A stretch of 64,000 nucleotides of DNA from Eledone cirrhosa (GCA_964016885.1 OZ024751.1:30318001-30382000); one strand, 5' to 3'; positions 36,753 through 50,038 are shown, numbered from the stretch's first letter. Notes: generated by a model not told the origin, from the sequence alone. Made by a program: numbers and translations.

Positions 36753-36854
36753 TTGTATGTATATGTATATATACAATTATAAATATATGTATACATATAT
36801 ATATATATATATATATACATATATTTATAATTGTATATATACATATACATACAA

Positions 36855-36894
<40 letters not shown>

Positions 36895-38701
36895 TATACA
36901 TATAATATAATATAATATAATATAATATGATATAATTCTCAGTGTGTGTGTGTGTCCTCCTGTATATTTATAATGAAGCATATCCTTATTTCCACCCCGG
37001 CAGCTGACTGCAGCCACCACCCACTATTGATTCAATATAATTATTTACGTTTGATGACTTCATTTTCATCCTCTGTTTTTATTTCATTTTATTTTTGTTT
37101 TTACATCTATTTAATGTATTTTTCGTAGGAGGAGAATAAGAAAGACGTCAGATGCAATAGAACGTATTACAATAATTAGTCCCGGTACCTCATAACTTCT
37201 GCGTTCAAATCTTGACAGAGTTGACTTAACCGGTAACATTTTGTATTCCATAGTTTCGTATCTCCCCAGGGAGTCGTAGGGGCGACATACGGCGTTTCTA
37301 GTACATTTCTTTTTAAAACCTGGTGAAGCCCATCTCCTCTCCAGGTCTGAATACTGCAGATTTCTTCCAGAGAAGGATAGAGAGTGACAGCATAGGAGTG
37401 AAAAAGAGATATAGAGGAAGTATCGGACCCAGTACTTGACTGGTACTGTTTTTATCGACCTCGAAAGAATGAAAAGCAAAGTTGAACTCGGTGGGATTTG
37501 AACTCAGAGAGAGCAGAGAGCCGAAACTAATACCGCAAACCATTCTATCCGATGCTCTAAAGACTCAACTAATTCACCGCCTAGTTGATCATATTCCCGA
37601 AGTCAATAAAACGTATCACACATGTGGTACATAGATAACACATGTGGTACATAGATCTCACATGTGGTACATAGATCTCACATGTGGTACATAGATCTCA
37701 GCGAACGGACAGAATGGCGAAAGCGTTAAGCACTACCCCCATTCAGATGGGATTGTGAGAGAAACCCATTGAAATAGCTTTTCCAGCTAGTGGGGTTCAC
37801 TTCAGCGGATGGACAACTCCGCCCACATAACAATGAGTAAGGAGGTGGTATGGGGACCAAGAACTCCAGAAGTCTTCACCAATAAAGGTTTAACAAGAAT
37901 TCAGTCCACTTCATGGGTGGCCAACTCCACGCCAATAGCTGTAAGTAGGGAAGTGGTATGAGGGCCAAGAACTCCAGAATTCTCTCCATTGCTATAGGTT
38001 TCATAAGAAGCCAGTTCACTTCATGGTGTTCCCTCTTGCGTGTGGTCAACTCAGCCCAAATAAGAGTGAGTAGGGAGGTGGTATGGGAACCGAGAACACC
38101 AGAAGTTTCCATCGCTATAGGTTCAACGACAAATATATCGGATATTTGAGAAATTTAGTGAAAACAGCCTAATTACACCAGACGGTACCTAGCACGCAAA
38201 TTTACAGCACAACTTCCACCTGTTCTAAAAATATATTCCAGTCCCCACCCAACACTGCAAGAACTGGTGGTGAGCCTGTGATCTTTTCTGAGAAGCATGT
38301 GATAGAAGCAAAAAGGTTACGCATCCTGAGACCCCAGAGAGAGTCTAGAAGGGAGAAAACAACTTCCACCTGTTCTATAGTCTTCATCCATCTCTTGTTC
38401 AGTAATATTCTATCAGTTCACACCTCCGGACTAGTGGTGACGGAACTCTTTCCAGCCCATGCTATTAAAATTCTGACGATGTTGTTTAGGAAAGAGATAG
38501 CTGCCCTTGATATTGTAGCTACCATTACAACTACAATTGCAGACAAATTAATGTAGCTTTAATCGTAAAATTACTTTTCTGTCAGATCTTGTTGCAGTAA
38601 ACAACATTTTTTAGTAACATTTACAAATATACACAGTAGACCACACATGAATGACACCATAGTTCTGCTTGTCTGTCCGTCTGTCTCTCTCCTCGTTTTT
38701 T

Positions 38702-38777
<76 letters not shown>

Positions 38778-39349
38778 GCACACACACACACGCACGCACT
38801 CACAGACACGCACACACACACGCACACGCACACACACATACGCGCACACACATTCAATGCTGACAATTACCAAGAAGAGGAAAATATTGATCACACCTGC
38901 CAAAGAGAACAAGTTATTCTCAAAGCCAAGAATGTAAAATATTCGTACCAAACTTTAAAAAGGTGATAAATCAGCGAATCAAAGAGCTACTGATTTATTT
39001 ATTTTGGTGTATTACTGAAAATATTTAAGTATTTTAAGTGGATAACCGTTAATGTGACATCCGATACAACCGTATTCGAAGTTTTCTCAAATTGATGCTT
39101 CTTATTCCCTTTAAAGAAGCATTCCCGGTATTTTGGGGGGACTTCAACCAATTTTTCACCGTCTTCACAATATAACAATATAATTAATTATTTTGTGGAT
39201 ATATGATATAGAGAGTAGTTCTCGTGTAAAATAACATATACTCGCGTACACACACATATACATAAACCTCGTTTTGTTTTCAATATATACACTCGGCCCC
39301 AGCATTTGATACCCGCATCAGTAAACCATGAATCTACTAAACCACCTAA

Positions 39350-39386
<37 letters not shown>

Positions 39387-39495
39387 TAGGTGGTTTAGTA
39401 GATTTGTGGTTTACTGATGAAGGTAAGAATATTACCACTGTTTGTAGCAGTGCATACATTCAGATGTGATGAAAACTCGTTTTGTTTTTCTGTGC

Positions 39496-39526
<31 letters not shown>

Positions 39527-39761
39527 CATATCAACATACTTATCTGTCTGTTTGTCTGCTTATCTATCTATCTGTTTGACTGTTTGTTTGACTATCCATC
39601 CCTCCTTTTTTTTTTTTTTTTTACTAATGTGGATAGCCGCCTCAGTAGTTTGCTGGACACCACGAAACCCATCCAACCTTGTTTTCCAGTTTTCATGTTG
39701 GTCAGCATCTTATTTCATCTTTCACAACTACTATCACCATATCGACATCTTTTCCCCACTC

Positions 39762-39815
<54 letters not shown>

Positions 39816-39922
39816 CATACATACACATACATACACCTATACATACATACATATACATACATGTACATTGATACATATACATACAAATCTACATTTACAT
39901 GCATATATACATACATACAGAA

Positions 39923-40037
<115 letters not shown>

Positions 40038-40747
40038 TGTTTCTAATCCACTGCTCAGATTTCGCCAGTGAGAAACTATTTAGCACAAATTAATGTTATA
40101 TCATGTTGCAAAAATTAAGTAAGATAAATTACTAATGAATACACACACACACACACATACACAGACACTCAGACACACACACCTACATACACACACATAC
40201 ATACAGTCACACTGACACACACCCACTGACACTGGGTCATACAATCACTAACACGCGCACACGCACTGATACACACACATGCACGCACACACACACTGAC
40301 ATACACACTGACACACACATGCACACACTGAAACACATATACGCATGCTTATATAGACACACTGAAACACACACATAAGTACACACACATAAATACACAC
40401 ACACACTATCACATACTGTCACACAGTCACACAAGAAATCATAGGCTTGAACGTTTAGGATTCATTTACAAATATCTGTCAATTCTCCATGAGCCGAGAA
40501 TGCAACGTGGTTTCAACTTCTGGTTCCAACAGTTGAACTTCACTTATTAGATTCATATTAAGATGGAAATACATATACGCCACAACATCAATGTTTGCTT
40601 CGTTCATGTCATATAGCTCTAACCACGTATTGATATATACCACTGATTACTTACAAATTACCAAGTAGAAGGTGCATTGTAGAAATTCATTATTTGATGT
40701 TGATATATATATACATATATATATACGATATATTAATAAATGGAAAC

Positions 40748-40800
40748 TATATTTCAAGGGCCACCAAGGCAAATTATGGTGCGCTTTCATCAGATAAAAT
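40748..40800 (-). ncRNA. Degenerate hammerhead motif, (AT)-helix-III family (3' strand of helix I deleted)
   Basis: Minus strand ATTTTAT-CTGATGA-AAGCGCACCA..TGGTGGCCCTT-GAAATATA, then joined directly to downstream family sequence; an inverted 3' half lies at 40861-40890. Confidence 0.5.
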
Positions 40801-41016
40801 ATAATATAGGTTAGTTTTATAAATAAATATCGACATACCCTGAAAAAATGCAACCATTCTGGTGGCCCTTGAAATATGTATAATGAAATAAATATGGTTT
40901 TATAAATATAGTTTCCATTTGTTAATATATTGTATATTTACTCCAATAATTTGTTGAGTGCTTTATATCAGTTATAAAAATATTTTGGTTGTTGTATCCC
41001 AACAAATTAAATATAA

Positions 41017-41122
<106 letters not shown>

Positions 41123-41238
41123 AGAGATAGAGAGAAATATATATATATAAACAGAGTTTCAATGTACAGGGGACACCACCATCCCTGTGCATTGATAAAC
41201 ACACACACTCTCTCGCGTATTATCTTTTCTATATATTA

Positions 41239-41304
<66 letters not shown>

Positions 41305-41635
41305 AGTAGAAGGGATATTTAATTTATTGGAAATCCAACAAATATAAATGTTTATAACTGATTCAGAGCACTCGACAGTTTTCTGGAGTAAATATTCAAT
41401 GATATTAAATGATATTAAACATAATCAACATCCCTCGTAACTCCATTATAAACAACTAATAATTGTAAATTATCCTTTTAATAAAATACATATGCTATGA
41501 AAATATATATAGATATATTTGCATATTCATCCATAAGTTTGAAAAATCCGTTCTATATTCTCACTACCCAAGGAAAATTCAACTGATAAGCTATGATTTT
41601 CCTTGGCTATGTCAATATTTATAAAACACACTTTG

Positions 41636-41698
41636 TATTTTATCTGATGAAAGCGTACCAAAGTTCTTTGGTACCCTTGAAATATATATAATAGAATA
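41636..41698 (+). ncRNA. Type-I hammerhead ribozyme motif, (AT)4-helix-III family (best copy)
   Basis: TATTTTAT-CTGATGA-AAG c GTACCAAAG tt CTTTGGTAC c CTT-GAA-ATATATAT-A^ATAGAATA: 8-bp helix I, long helix II, intact core, AUA triplet ending at 41690. Confidence 0.75.
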
Positions 41699-41939
41699 AA
41701 TATGGTTTTATAAATATAGTTTCCATTTATTTAATATCATTGTATATATACAATGATATCATTGTATATATATATATATATCTATATATATATATATATA
41801 TATATATAAAGGCCCACTTCAGTGTCACGAATGACCATGGTATTTGCATCTAGAAAGCTCTCCTCCGAGACCCAAGTTGTAGCGGCTGATGGATAATTGC
41901 TGGATAAGAAACAACACTGACGTTATAGTTAAGAATAGT

Positions 41940-42280
41940 CTCCCTACCTGTAAAGAAGGTAGTTTCTAACACCTGTGTGCATGTAGTCATTAGCAACACC
42001 TGTAAAAGAGGTAAATACTAACATCTGTGAAAGTGGTAACTACCACCACCTGTGCAGGTAGCAATTCGCAACACCTTTGAAACAGGTAACTGTTAACACC
42101 CGTGAAAGAATTAAGTATTAATACATGTGAGAAAGGTAATTAGTTGCACCTGTGAAAGTAGAAACTAGCAACACATGTAAAAAAGTAAGCGGAAAATACC
42201 TATGAAGATAGAAACTTGCAATACCTGTAAAAAATGTATGCGGGTAACACATGTGAAAGTGGTAACTAGTATCAACTGTG
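41940..42280. repeat. Degenerate about 25-bp minisatellite (acacctgtgaaagtggtaactagca-like)
   Basis: Recurrent cacctgtg/cacatgtg..aaag..gtaa motif, about 13 times. Confidence 0.7.
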
Positions 42281-42829
42281 GAGATGATAGGAAGAATTTT
42301 ATCGATTGGAGAAAAATGAAACGCAAAGCTTATCTGGAAGATTTGAACTTAGAACATAGGTAAAAATAAAATGCTTTGTAGTACTTAGTTACAATTTTCT
42401 ACGTTCTGAGTTCAAATCCCGCCGAGGTCAACTTTACCTTTCATCGTTCTGAGTTCAATAAAATAAAGTACCAGTTTGATAATGGTCATGATATAATCGA
42501 CATTCCATTTCTCCCCAAATTGCTGGCCTTGTATCAATATTAAAACTCTTTATTGGTATGAGGGCATTAGTTTATTGGTTTTCCCGTATCTCAGCAACAC
42601 AGCTGTCATATGTTGTTACAAGAGGAGAAAAAATATGATACGAACGAAAGTTGAGTCTTAGGAAGATAAATGTCTTTTAGAACCAAGTTAGATTCCTTAA
42701 TATGATTTTATTAAAACGAAACAATAATTAAAAATAATTTATCAGAAATTTTACCCTCATGGTTTAAAGATCTTAGATTCAGCGCACCCACAAGGGAGAA
42801 ATTAGGCTTCTAGCGAAATATACATACAT

Positions 42830-42931
<102 letters not shown>

Positions 42932-43370
42932 CATACATACATACATATATACATACGTACAGAGAAAATATCGGTTTTATATATATATATATATATAATA
43001 TTACCAATATTTTCTCAGTGCTACTCTGAGTTTCGCGGATTGCCGCTGATTACGAATATATATATTATATACATTCGTATATAATGTATGTATGTATATA
43101 TGTAATATACATATACACATACGCATATAATATATATAGAGAGAGATAGAAAGTCTTAATATTTTGCTGACTTTATCCACCATGCACCTGCATAAAGTTA
43201 GCAAAGTCTACAGACATTAATTATTAATTCCAATCCATCTAGATATTACTTGAACCAAACTAGAGTGAAATACGACATATATATCTTTCACTGGAACACA
43301 ACACACACACATATTTATAAAACCATAAAATGATCCTTATTTATTATATATATATATCTCTTAAAGAATA

Positions 43371-43403
<33 letters not shown>

Positions 43404-43480
43404 ACGAAGGAAATGTGGTAAGGAACCAGGTGGACCATAACGCACCAAAGTACTCAATACTTAGGGTAGTAGAGTGGGTA

Positions 43481-43608
43481 ATAGGAACGAGTAGGACCCC
43501 GACGGCTGAGCTCAAGCCGTTTCGACGGCTAATTCTGGACTAAAATTTTTTTAGTCCAGAATTAGCCGTCGAAACGGCTTGAGCTCAGCCGTCGGGGTCC
43601 TACTCGTT

Positions 43609-43613
<5 letters not shown>
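43481..43613. repeat. Perfect palindrome, 65-bp arms, 3-nt loop
   Basis: ataggaacgagtaggaccccgacggctgagctcaagccgtttcgacggctaattctggactaaaa-ttt-exact reverse complement. Confidence 0.95.
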
Positions 43614-43646
<33 letters not shown>

Positions 43647-44044
43647 TATATATATATATATACAGATATATATATATTATCTATTCTTTATCATTAACAT
43701 TAATATAAAAAATAATAATCACGTATATTTATTTAAAATTTGTTTTTACCCGAATTGTTTTAGAGAAGGGCCTCAAATTTCATATAGCTTAGGGTCTCAG
43801 CAGCTGAAAGCCTGGCTTTGCATTCCAGCTATTTTGATATACGGAAAAACCTCCATCTAAATCCAGAGTTGTCTTGGTGGTATTAAGAGATCACAGCTCC
43901 GATATTATGGCGTTTGAGTTAGGGTGCTGGGATTACGCTAATGTTTGTGATGGTCTGTGTGTGTATATTTGTTTGTGTATTGCCAATAGTAGTCTGTGTG
44001 ATGTTCTGTTGGGGGAGTCTATCCCCCCCCCTCTCTCTCTCTTT

Positions 44045-44111
<67 letters not shown>

Positions 44112-45409
44112 AATAAGGGCGCTGCGGAGTTGCAAATGGGTTACATATGAAAAAAGTTTGTCCTTCATCAGTGATCTTCCAACCATCATAGGCATTTCAT
44201 CGCTTTAAAGACCATATACCTCCGGTTGGTGCGAGCAACGACTAAAAAAATTCGTTGGGACACGTAAATAAAGGGGACACGAGTGTAAACAAACAAAATA
44301 GTGAAGCAACAGAAAGTGAGGAAGAAGGAGACAAGTCCCAAATTTCTATGAATTTAAATTCGGTGAAATCGTGAACGAGAGAATAAAGACCATCAAACCT
44401 ATATGTATATATATACATGTGTGTTATAAAAAATTACTGCTGTGTCTTCAGAACAAACTGCGGTAAGCCTTAACAAACTTAATAAATACTCTCTGAATTC
44501 CGGGCGTGTTTCCAAAAAAAACGGCCAGAGTTGAACTTTGGAAACCTTTTTTGTTGAGCAGGTAAACGGCAGCTATCATACATTGTTTCAGTGGAAACGT
44601 TTCTCGGTGTGTGATATCAAGTACTTTGATGTCGGGGTGAGGGATTGGTTCGGTGTTTGATAGCGTAATGATAGCACATGCTCTGATTAGCATGACTGAC
44701 CTGATCTGGGGCTCTCAGCCAGAAAGTCTAGCCGTTCGGTTGTTGTCAAGAGAAAACAGCAAATAGGCATGACAGAACAGAATATAGGTGAGGTGGGTGG
44801 GTGGGAGAGTAGAAGGGGTCCTAGGTTGTAGAGAAGAGAATACTGAGGGGATTGGAATGAGGTCGGGCGAGTGTTGTTCGAAAGGGCCTAGGTAGTAGAG
44901 AACAGAATACAGAGGATGATGGAGTAGGGTGGGTGTTGAAGGGGCCAAGGTAATATAGAACAGAATATGGAGGGGATGGTGAAGGGTTCTAGGTAGTTGA
45001 GACAAATAAGGGAGTGTGTGTAGGCTATATCGAAAATGGAATGAGAGCTAAAGTGGGTGATGGAGTGGGGGCGGAAATGGAGAAAGTATTTTATAATGGT
45101 TTCTGATTTGGGCACAAGGCCAACAATTTTTTGGGGGAGGGGGGGAATCGATTAAATCGACCCCAGTGCCTTACTGGTATTTTATTTTATCAAACCCCCG
45201 GAAGGATGAAAAGCAAAGCTAACCTCGCAGGATTTGAACTCAGAGCATAAAAGGCCATAATGTCAATAATAATAATGGTTTCTGATTTAGGTACAAGGCC
45301 AGCAAATTGGGGGAGGGTCGATTAAATCAACCCAGTACGTAACTGGTACTTTATTTATCGACCCTGCAAGGAAGAAAGGCGGGATTTGAATAGTATGATA
45401 TTTAATAAT

Positions 45410-45520
45410 TGTTTCTACTTTAGGCACAAGGCCAGCAATTACCCAGTGCATTACTGGTACTTTATTTTATCGACCCCGTAAGGATGAAAGGCAAAGTCAA
45501 CCTCGGCGGGATTTGAACTC
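45410..45520 (-). mobile_element. Young 5'-truncated SINE with 18-bp TSD, within a SINE cluster (45100-45700)
   Basis: TSD agtatgatatttaataat at 45392-45409 and 45521-45538. Confidence 0.85.
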
Positions 45521-46655
45521 AGTATGATATTTAATAATAATGACTATAATAATTGTTTTAAATTAAGATACAAGGCCAGAATTTTGAGGGTTGAGGTTGA
45601 AGTTGGGAACGAAGTCGATTAAATCTACACCAGTAGTTGACTGGTACTCTATTTTATCGAAGTGCGATAGGTGTAACTAGACTTGACGAGATGTGAACTC
45701 AGGGCTGCTGGGAATTGCAAAGTATTATACCCGATGTCCTAACGACGCTGAACATTAAACAACAACAACAATAACAATAAAATCATCACCAACATCGTCA
45801 TCAATCATTATTCATTACCATAGTCATCAATTATCATAAATCATCATCATTGTTATCATCATCATCATTATCATAAAATTATCATCATCAATCATCATTG
45901 TTGAAGCCATCATCATTATTACCATCATCATCATCATCATCATCAACAACAGCAACAGCAACAACAATAACAGTAAGTTTAACAGCAACAATAACAAAAA
46001 CAGTAAGTTCAACATCAAGAACAACAACAGCAACATCATCTGGTCATAAATAGATAAATAAATAAACAAACACATATATATATATATATACAGAGAAAAG
46101 GAATCCATTAGCAAAACGAAAGAAAGTGAGACATCCTTGATTGAAGGTTATTTAAGCAGTGGAGCAGAGAAGGTAAAAAAAAAGAAGTGAAGTGAAGAGG
46201 TGCGGGGAAAGGGAGATTACTGGAGGTGATTTTTATTTTTTTATTTTTTAGGAGTGAACGGGTGAAAGTAAATATTTGAAAGAAAAAAAAATAGAAAAAA
46301 TATTACGTTTTAAAAAGAAAGAAGTTAAAATAACGAAAGAAAATATATGAAAAGAATCGGTAAACCAACAAAGAGGAAAATGATAAGACGATGGAAAAAA
46401 AAACACATTAAAAATATCTTTAAAAAAAACATTAAAAATAAATAAAGAAAAAAACAACATAAAAAATAAAAACATAAACGAGTCGTAAAAGAGATGTAAC
46501 GTAGAAGAATTTCTTTAAGACTCTAGTTAAAATATGGCTACAACATTCCTTTGGTAAGTAATGTAAAATGGCGACGGTAGTGGGATGAAGAGGTGAAAAT
46601 TATCACGGATTTAGGATCTAGGAGGCGGAGATGATCGAATGGTGACGAACGTCTT

Positions 46656-46691
<36 letters not shown>

Positions 46692-46695
<4 letters not shown>

Positions 46696-46814
46696 GGAAC
46701 GAGTAGGACCCCGACGGCTGAGCTCAAGCCGTTCCTATTACCCACTCTACTACCCTAAGTATTGAGTACTTTGGTGCGTTATGGTCCACCTGGTTCCTTA
46801 CCACATTTCCTTCG

Positions 46815-46817
<3 letters not shown>
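46692..46817 (-). repeat. Inverted copy of element 43401-43613 with the palindrome core deleted
   Basis: 46731-46817 is the reverse complement of about 43401-43488, and 46692-46732 equals one palindrome arm; both sides are flanked by (TA)n. Confidence 0.9.
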
Positions 46818-46898
<81 letters not shown>

Positions 46899-47752
46899 AT
46901 ATATATATATATATATATATAGTAATAATAATAAATGTGAAGACTAAAATCCAAAGAGGGCTCGATAAGGATAAATATATATGAAATATATAAGAACCGT
47001 AGAGCAAATATTTATTAAAATAACAGATTATAGTTTAAACAAAGAATCGTTGCTTTCACCCTTAACGGGATCTTCTGCATCTTCAGAAGGTCCCGTTATG
47101 GGTCGCTCCCCCTCTCTCCATCCTCATCTCTCTCTCCATCTCTTTCTCTCTATCTATCTTTCCCTCTCTTTCTCTCCCCCATCACTCCCTCACTCTCCCC
47201 CCTTTTCTCTCTCTGCTGATAGATTCTAGTACATCATCTCTCTTTATTTCTTCCCCATTTTATTTTCCCCTTTAAATTGCCAGAAGATTCCACCTTGTAC
47301 ATGTTTCCTTCATCTTGAGGTTCAACTGTCAACAATATGTTTTTGAAAATGATTTGGTTGTTGTTGATATTGTTGATGATGTTGCTGTTGTTGCTACCGC
47401 TTCTGTTGTTGTTATTGTTGTTGTTGCCGCTACTGCTGTTGTTGTTGATGTTGTTATTTAGATTTTATTCTAAACGAAAAAACACAAACAAATCAAACAA
47501 ACTTATAATACAAAAAATTCTGTCAACATTTGTATTTGGGAATACAATTGCAGACGACACGCGCAATCAAATATACATACATACACACATTAACATACAT
47601 ACATATACATATTTATATACACAAATACACATGCACATAAAACTACATGTACGTGCGTGTACACACACACATATATACACTCACACATACACAACGACCT
47701 TCTTGAATTCATGTGCAAAATGACAGAGTATTTCACAAGTATGTACATGTAT

Positions 47753-47820
<68 letters not shown>

Positions 47821-48433
47821 GGAATGAAAAATGGCGTGCTGTGTTGTTGCAAATGTGATATACAAATTAAATGGAGAATTAGAAATAGAAGCCAGGACTA
47901 TTCATCATCAGTGATCTACTAGCCATCATAGGTATTTCTTCCCATTAAAGACCAGATACCTCCGGCGAGCGCGAACAATAACTAAAATAAGTTATTGGGA
48001 TAAAAAGAATTGGGTGGAGAAAGAGAGACAGGTGAACAAACATGAAGGTGAGGCAACGTAAAGAGAGGAAAATGAAAAAAAATCAAGAAGTCAGTGATTC
48101 ATTTGAACATAAGAACTTGCGAACAATGACGAGAAGACGAAAGACCATCCGTACCGTGCGAAGTGTGAGCGAGAAAAGAATTTCGTACGGTGCCGGACGT
48201 TGGAGGAAGTGAGAGAGAGTGAGTAGCAGAGAGTGAGTGAGTGAAGGTGTGAGGAAGAGGCTAGCCGAGAGAGGGTGGCTAGCAGAGGGGGAGAATGAGA
48301 GTAAGGGGGAGAAGGACAGGGAAAGAGGATAGCAGTCAGGGAAGAGAAAAAGACAGGTCACAGCGAAGGGGAAAGCATATAGGAATGAAAAATGGCGTTC
48401 TGTGTTGTTGCAAATGTGATATACAAATTAAAT

Positions 48434-48498
<65 letters not shown>

Positions 48499-48539
48499 AA
48501 GTGTTGAAACGATCAAATTTTAGTTTAGAACATTTATTA

Positions 48540-48584
48540 GCTGACAATTGTTTCTTCCAGAGGGAAGTCTGGAATCATCGGAGC
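48540..48584 (-). ncRNA. Minimal type-I hammerhead motif with U4C core change
   Basis: Minus strand GCT-CCGATGA-TTCCAGA cttccc TCTGGAA-GAA-ACAATTGT-C^AGC: 7-bp helix II, palindromic helix III, GUC triplet, 3-bp helix I. Confidence 0.55.
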
Positions 48585-48748
48585 ATAAAGAATGTCGAAA
48601 CATGTAACTAAAATCCTAGTCATTTAGAACACTTAGGGTACATAATTGTTATTAGTGTCAAATGCATCATGTGGAAAGTCAGGAGTTAAAAAGATGTTCT
48701 GCTTGAAAGAACACAATTACAGGCAGCACTGGTTGGAAGTGTAATAGG

Positions 48749-48811
<63 letters not shown>

Positions 48812-48858
48812 GAGTATTTAACGCCGTTCCTGGTCGAACAACGAGATACCACATTAAT

Positions 48859-49054
48859 TGTTTCTACTTTAGGCACAAGGCCAGCAATTACCCAGTGCAT
48901 TACTGGTACTTTGTTTTATCGACTCCGTAAGGATGAAAGGCAAAGTCAACCTCGGCGGGATTTGAACTCAGATCGTAAAGGGACGTAACTATGCTGGAAA
49001 GCATGGAAAGCATGGCGTCCGACCCTCTACTGATACTGCCAATCCACGCCCTTT
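48859..49054 (-). mobile_element. Young full-length tRNA-derived SINE with 19-bp TSD
   Basis: TSD aacgagataccacattaat at 48840-48858 and 49055-49073; A/B boxes and central domain intact. Confidence 0.9.
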
Positions 49055-49365
49055 AACGAGATACCACATTAATGATGGATATTACGCATAGCGTCGAATG
49101 CTTTAGCCATTGTATCACAATCTGTTAATTGGATTGACTAGATCTACTTTAGTTATATCATCCAACATAACCTGTATAGTATATATGTGTGTGTGGGGGT
49201 GCGTGTGCGTGTGTGTGTGGGGGTGCGTGTGTGTGTGGGGGTGCGTGTGTGTGTGTGGGGGGGGTGTATATGTTATTAGTTAAGACTAAGATCATTATTC
49301 AACTTAGTACTTCCTGCTTCAGGAAAAGAGAGTGAGTTATTAAAAGAGAGATCCCCTTCCCCACG

Positions 49366-49438
<73 letters not shown>

Positions 49439-49601
49439 ACATTAATATGCTCATGTGCTGACATAGTCATTTACGTCCATACTTACCAATACAAACATAC
49501 ATACACGCCCCACCCTGCAGAGTCCTTGGCTTCCAATACACTATATAAAGGTGTGAATCATCAGCGTATATATATATGTTTATATATGCGTATATATATA
49601 T

Positions 49602-49707
<106 letters not shown>

Positions 49708-49737
49708 GTATATATATATGTATGTATGTATATGTAA

Positions 49738-49782
<45 letters not shown>

Positions 49783-49844
49783 TATGTAAATATGTATATA
49801 TATGTATATATGTATATGCATGTATATATATATGTATGTATATG

Positions 49845-49891
<47 letters not shown>

Positions 49892-49992
49892 GCATGTATA
49901 TATATATGTATGTATATATATATATATATATATATATGCATGTATATATATATGTATGTATATGTATGTATATGTATGTATATATATATATG

Positions 49993-50038
<46 letters not shown>

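Noticed and set aside
37780-38560. Microsatellite-free block with several 60-90-aa ORFs
   Set aside because: No recognisable protein motif or consistent splice structure; probably decayed repeat with internal duplications.
44440-44760. Possible Penelope GIY-YIG or RT coding remnant
   Set aside because: I could not read any diagnostic motif in the frames examined; needs tBLASTn/HMM search.
48859-49054. tRNA genes at the many GAGTTCAAATCC sites
   Set aside because: They are SINE heads continuing into a shared SINE body; no cloverleaf.
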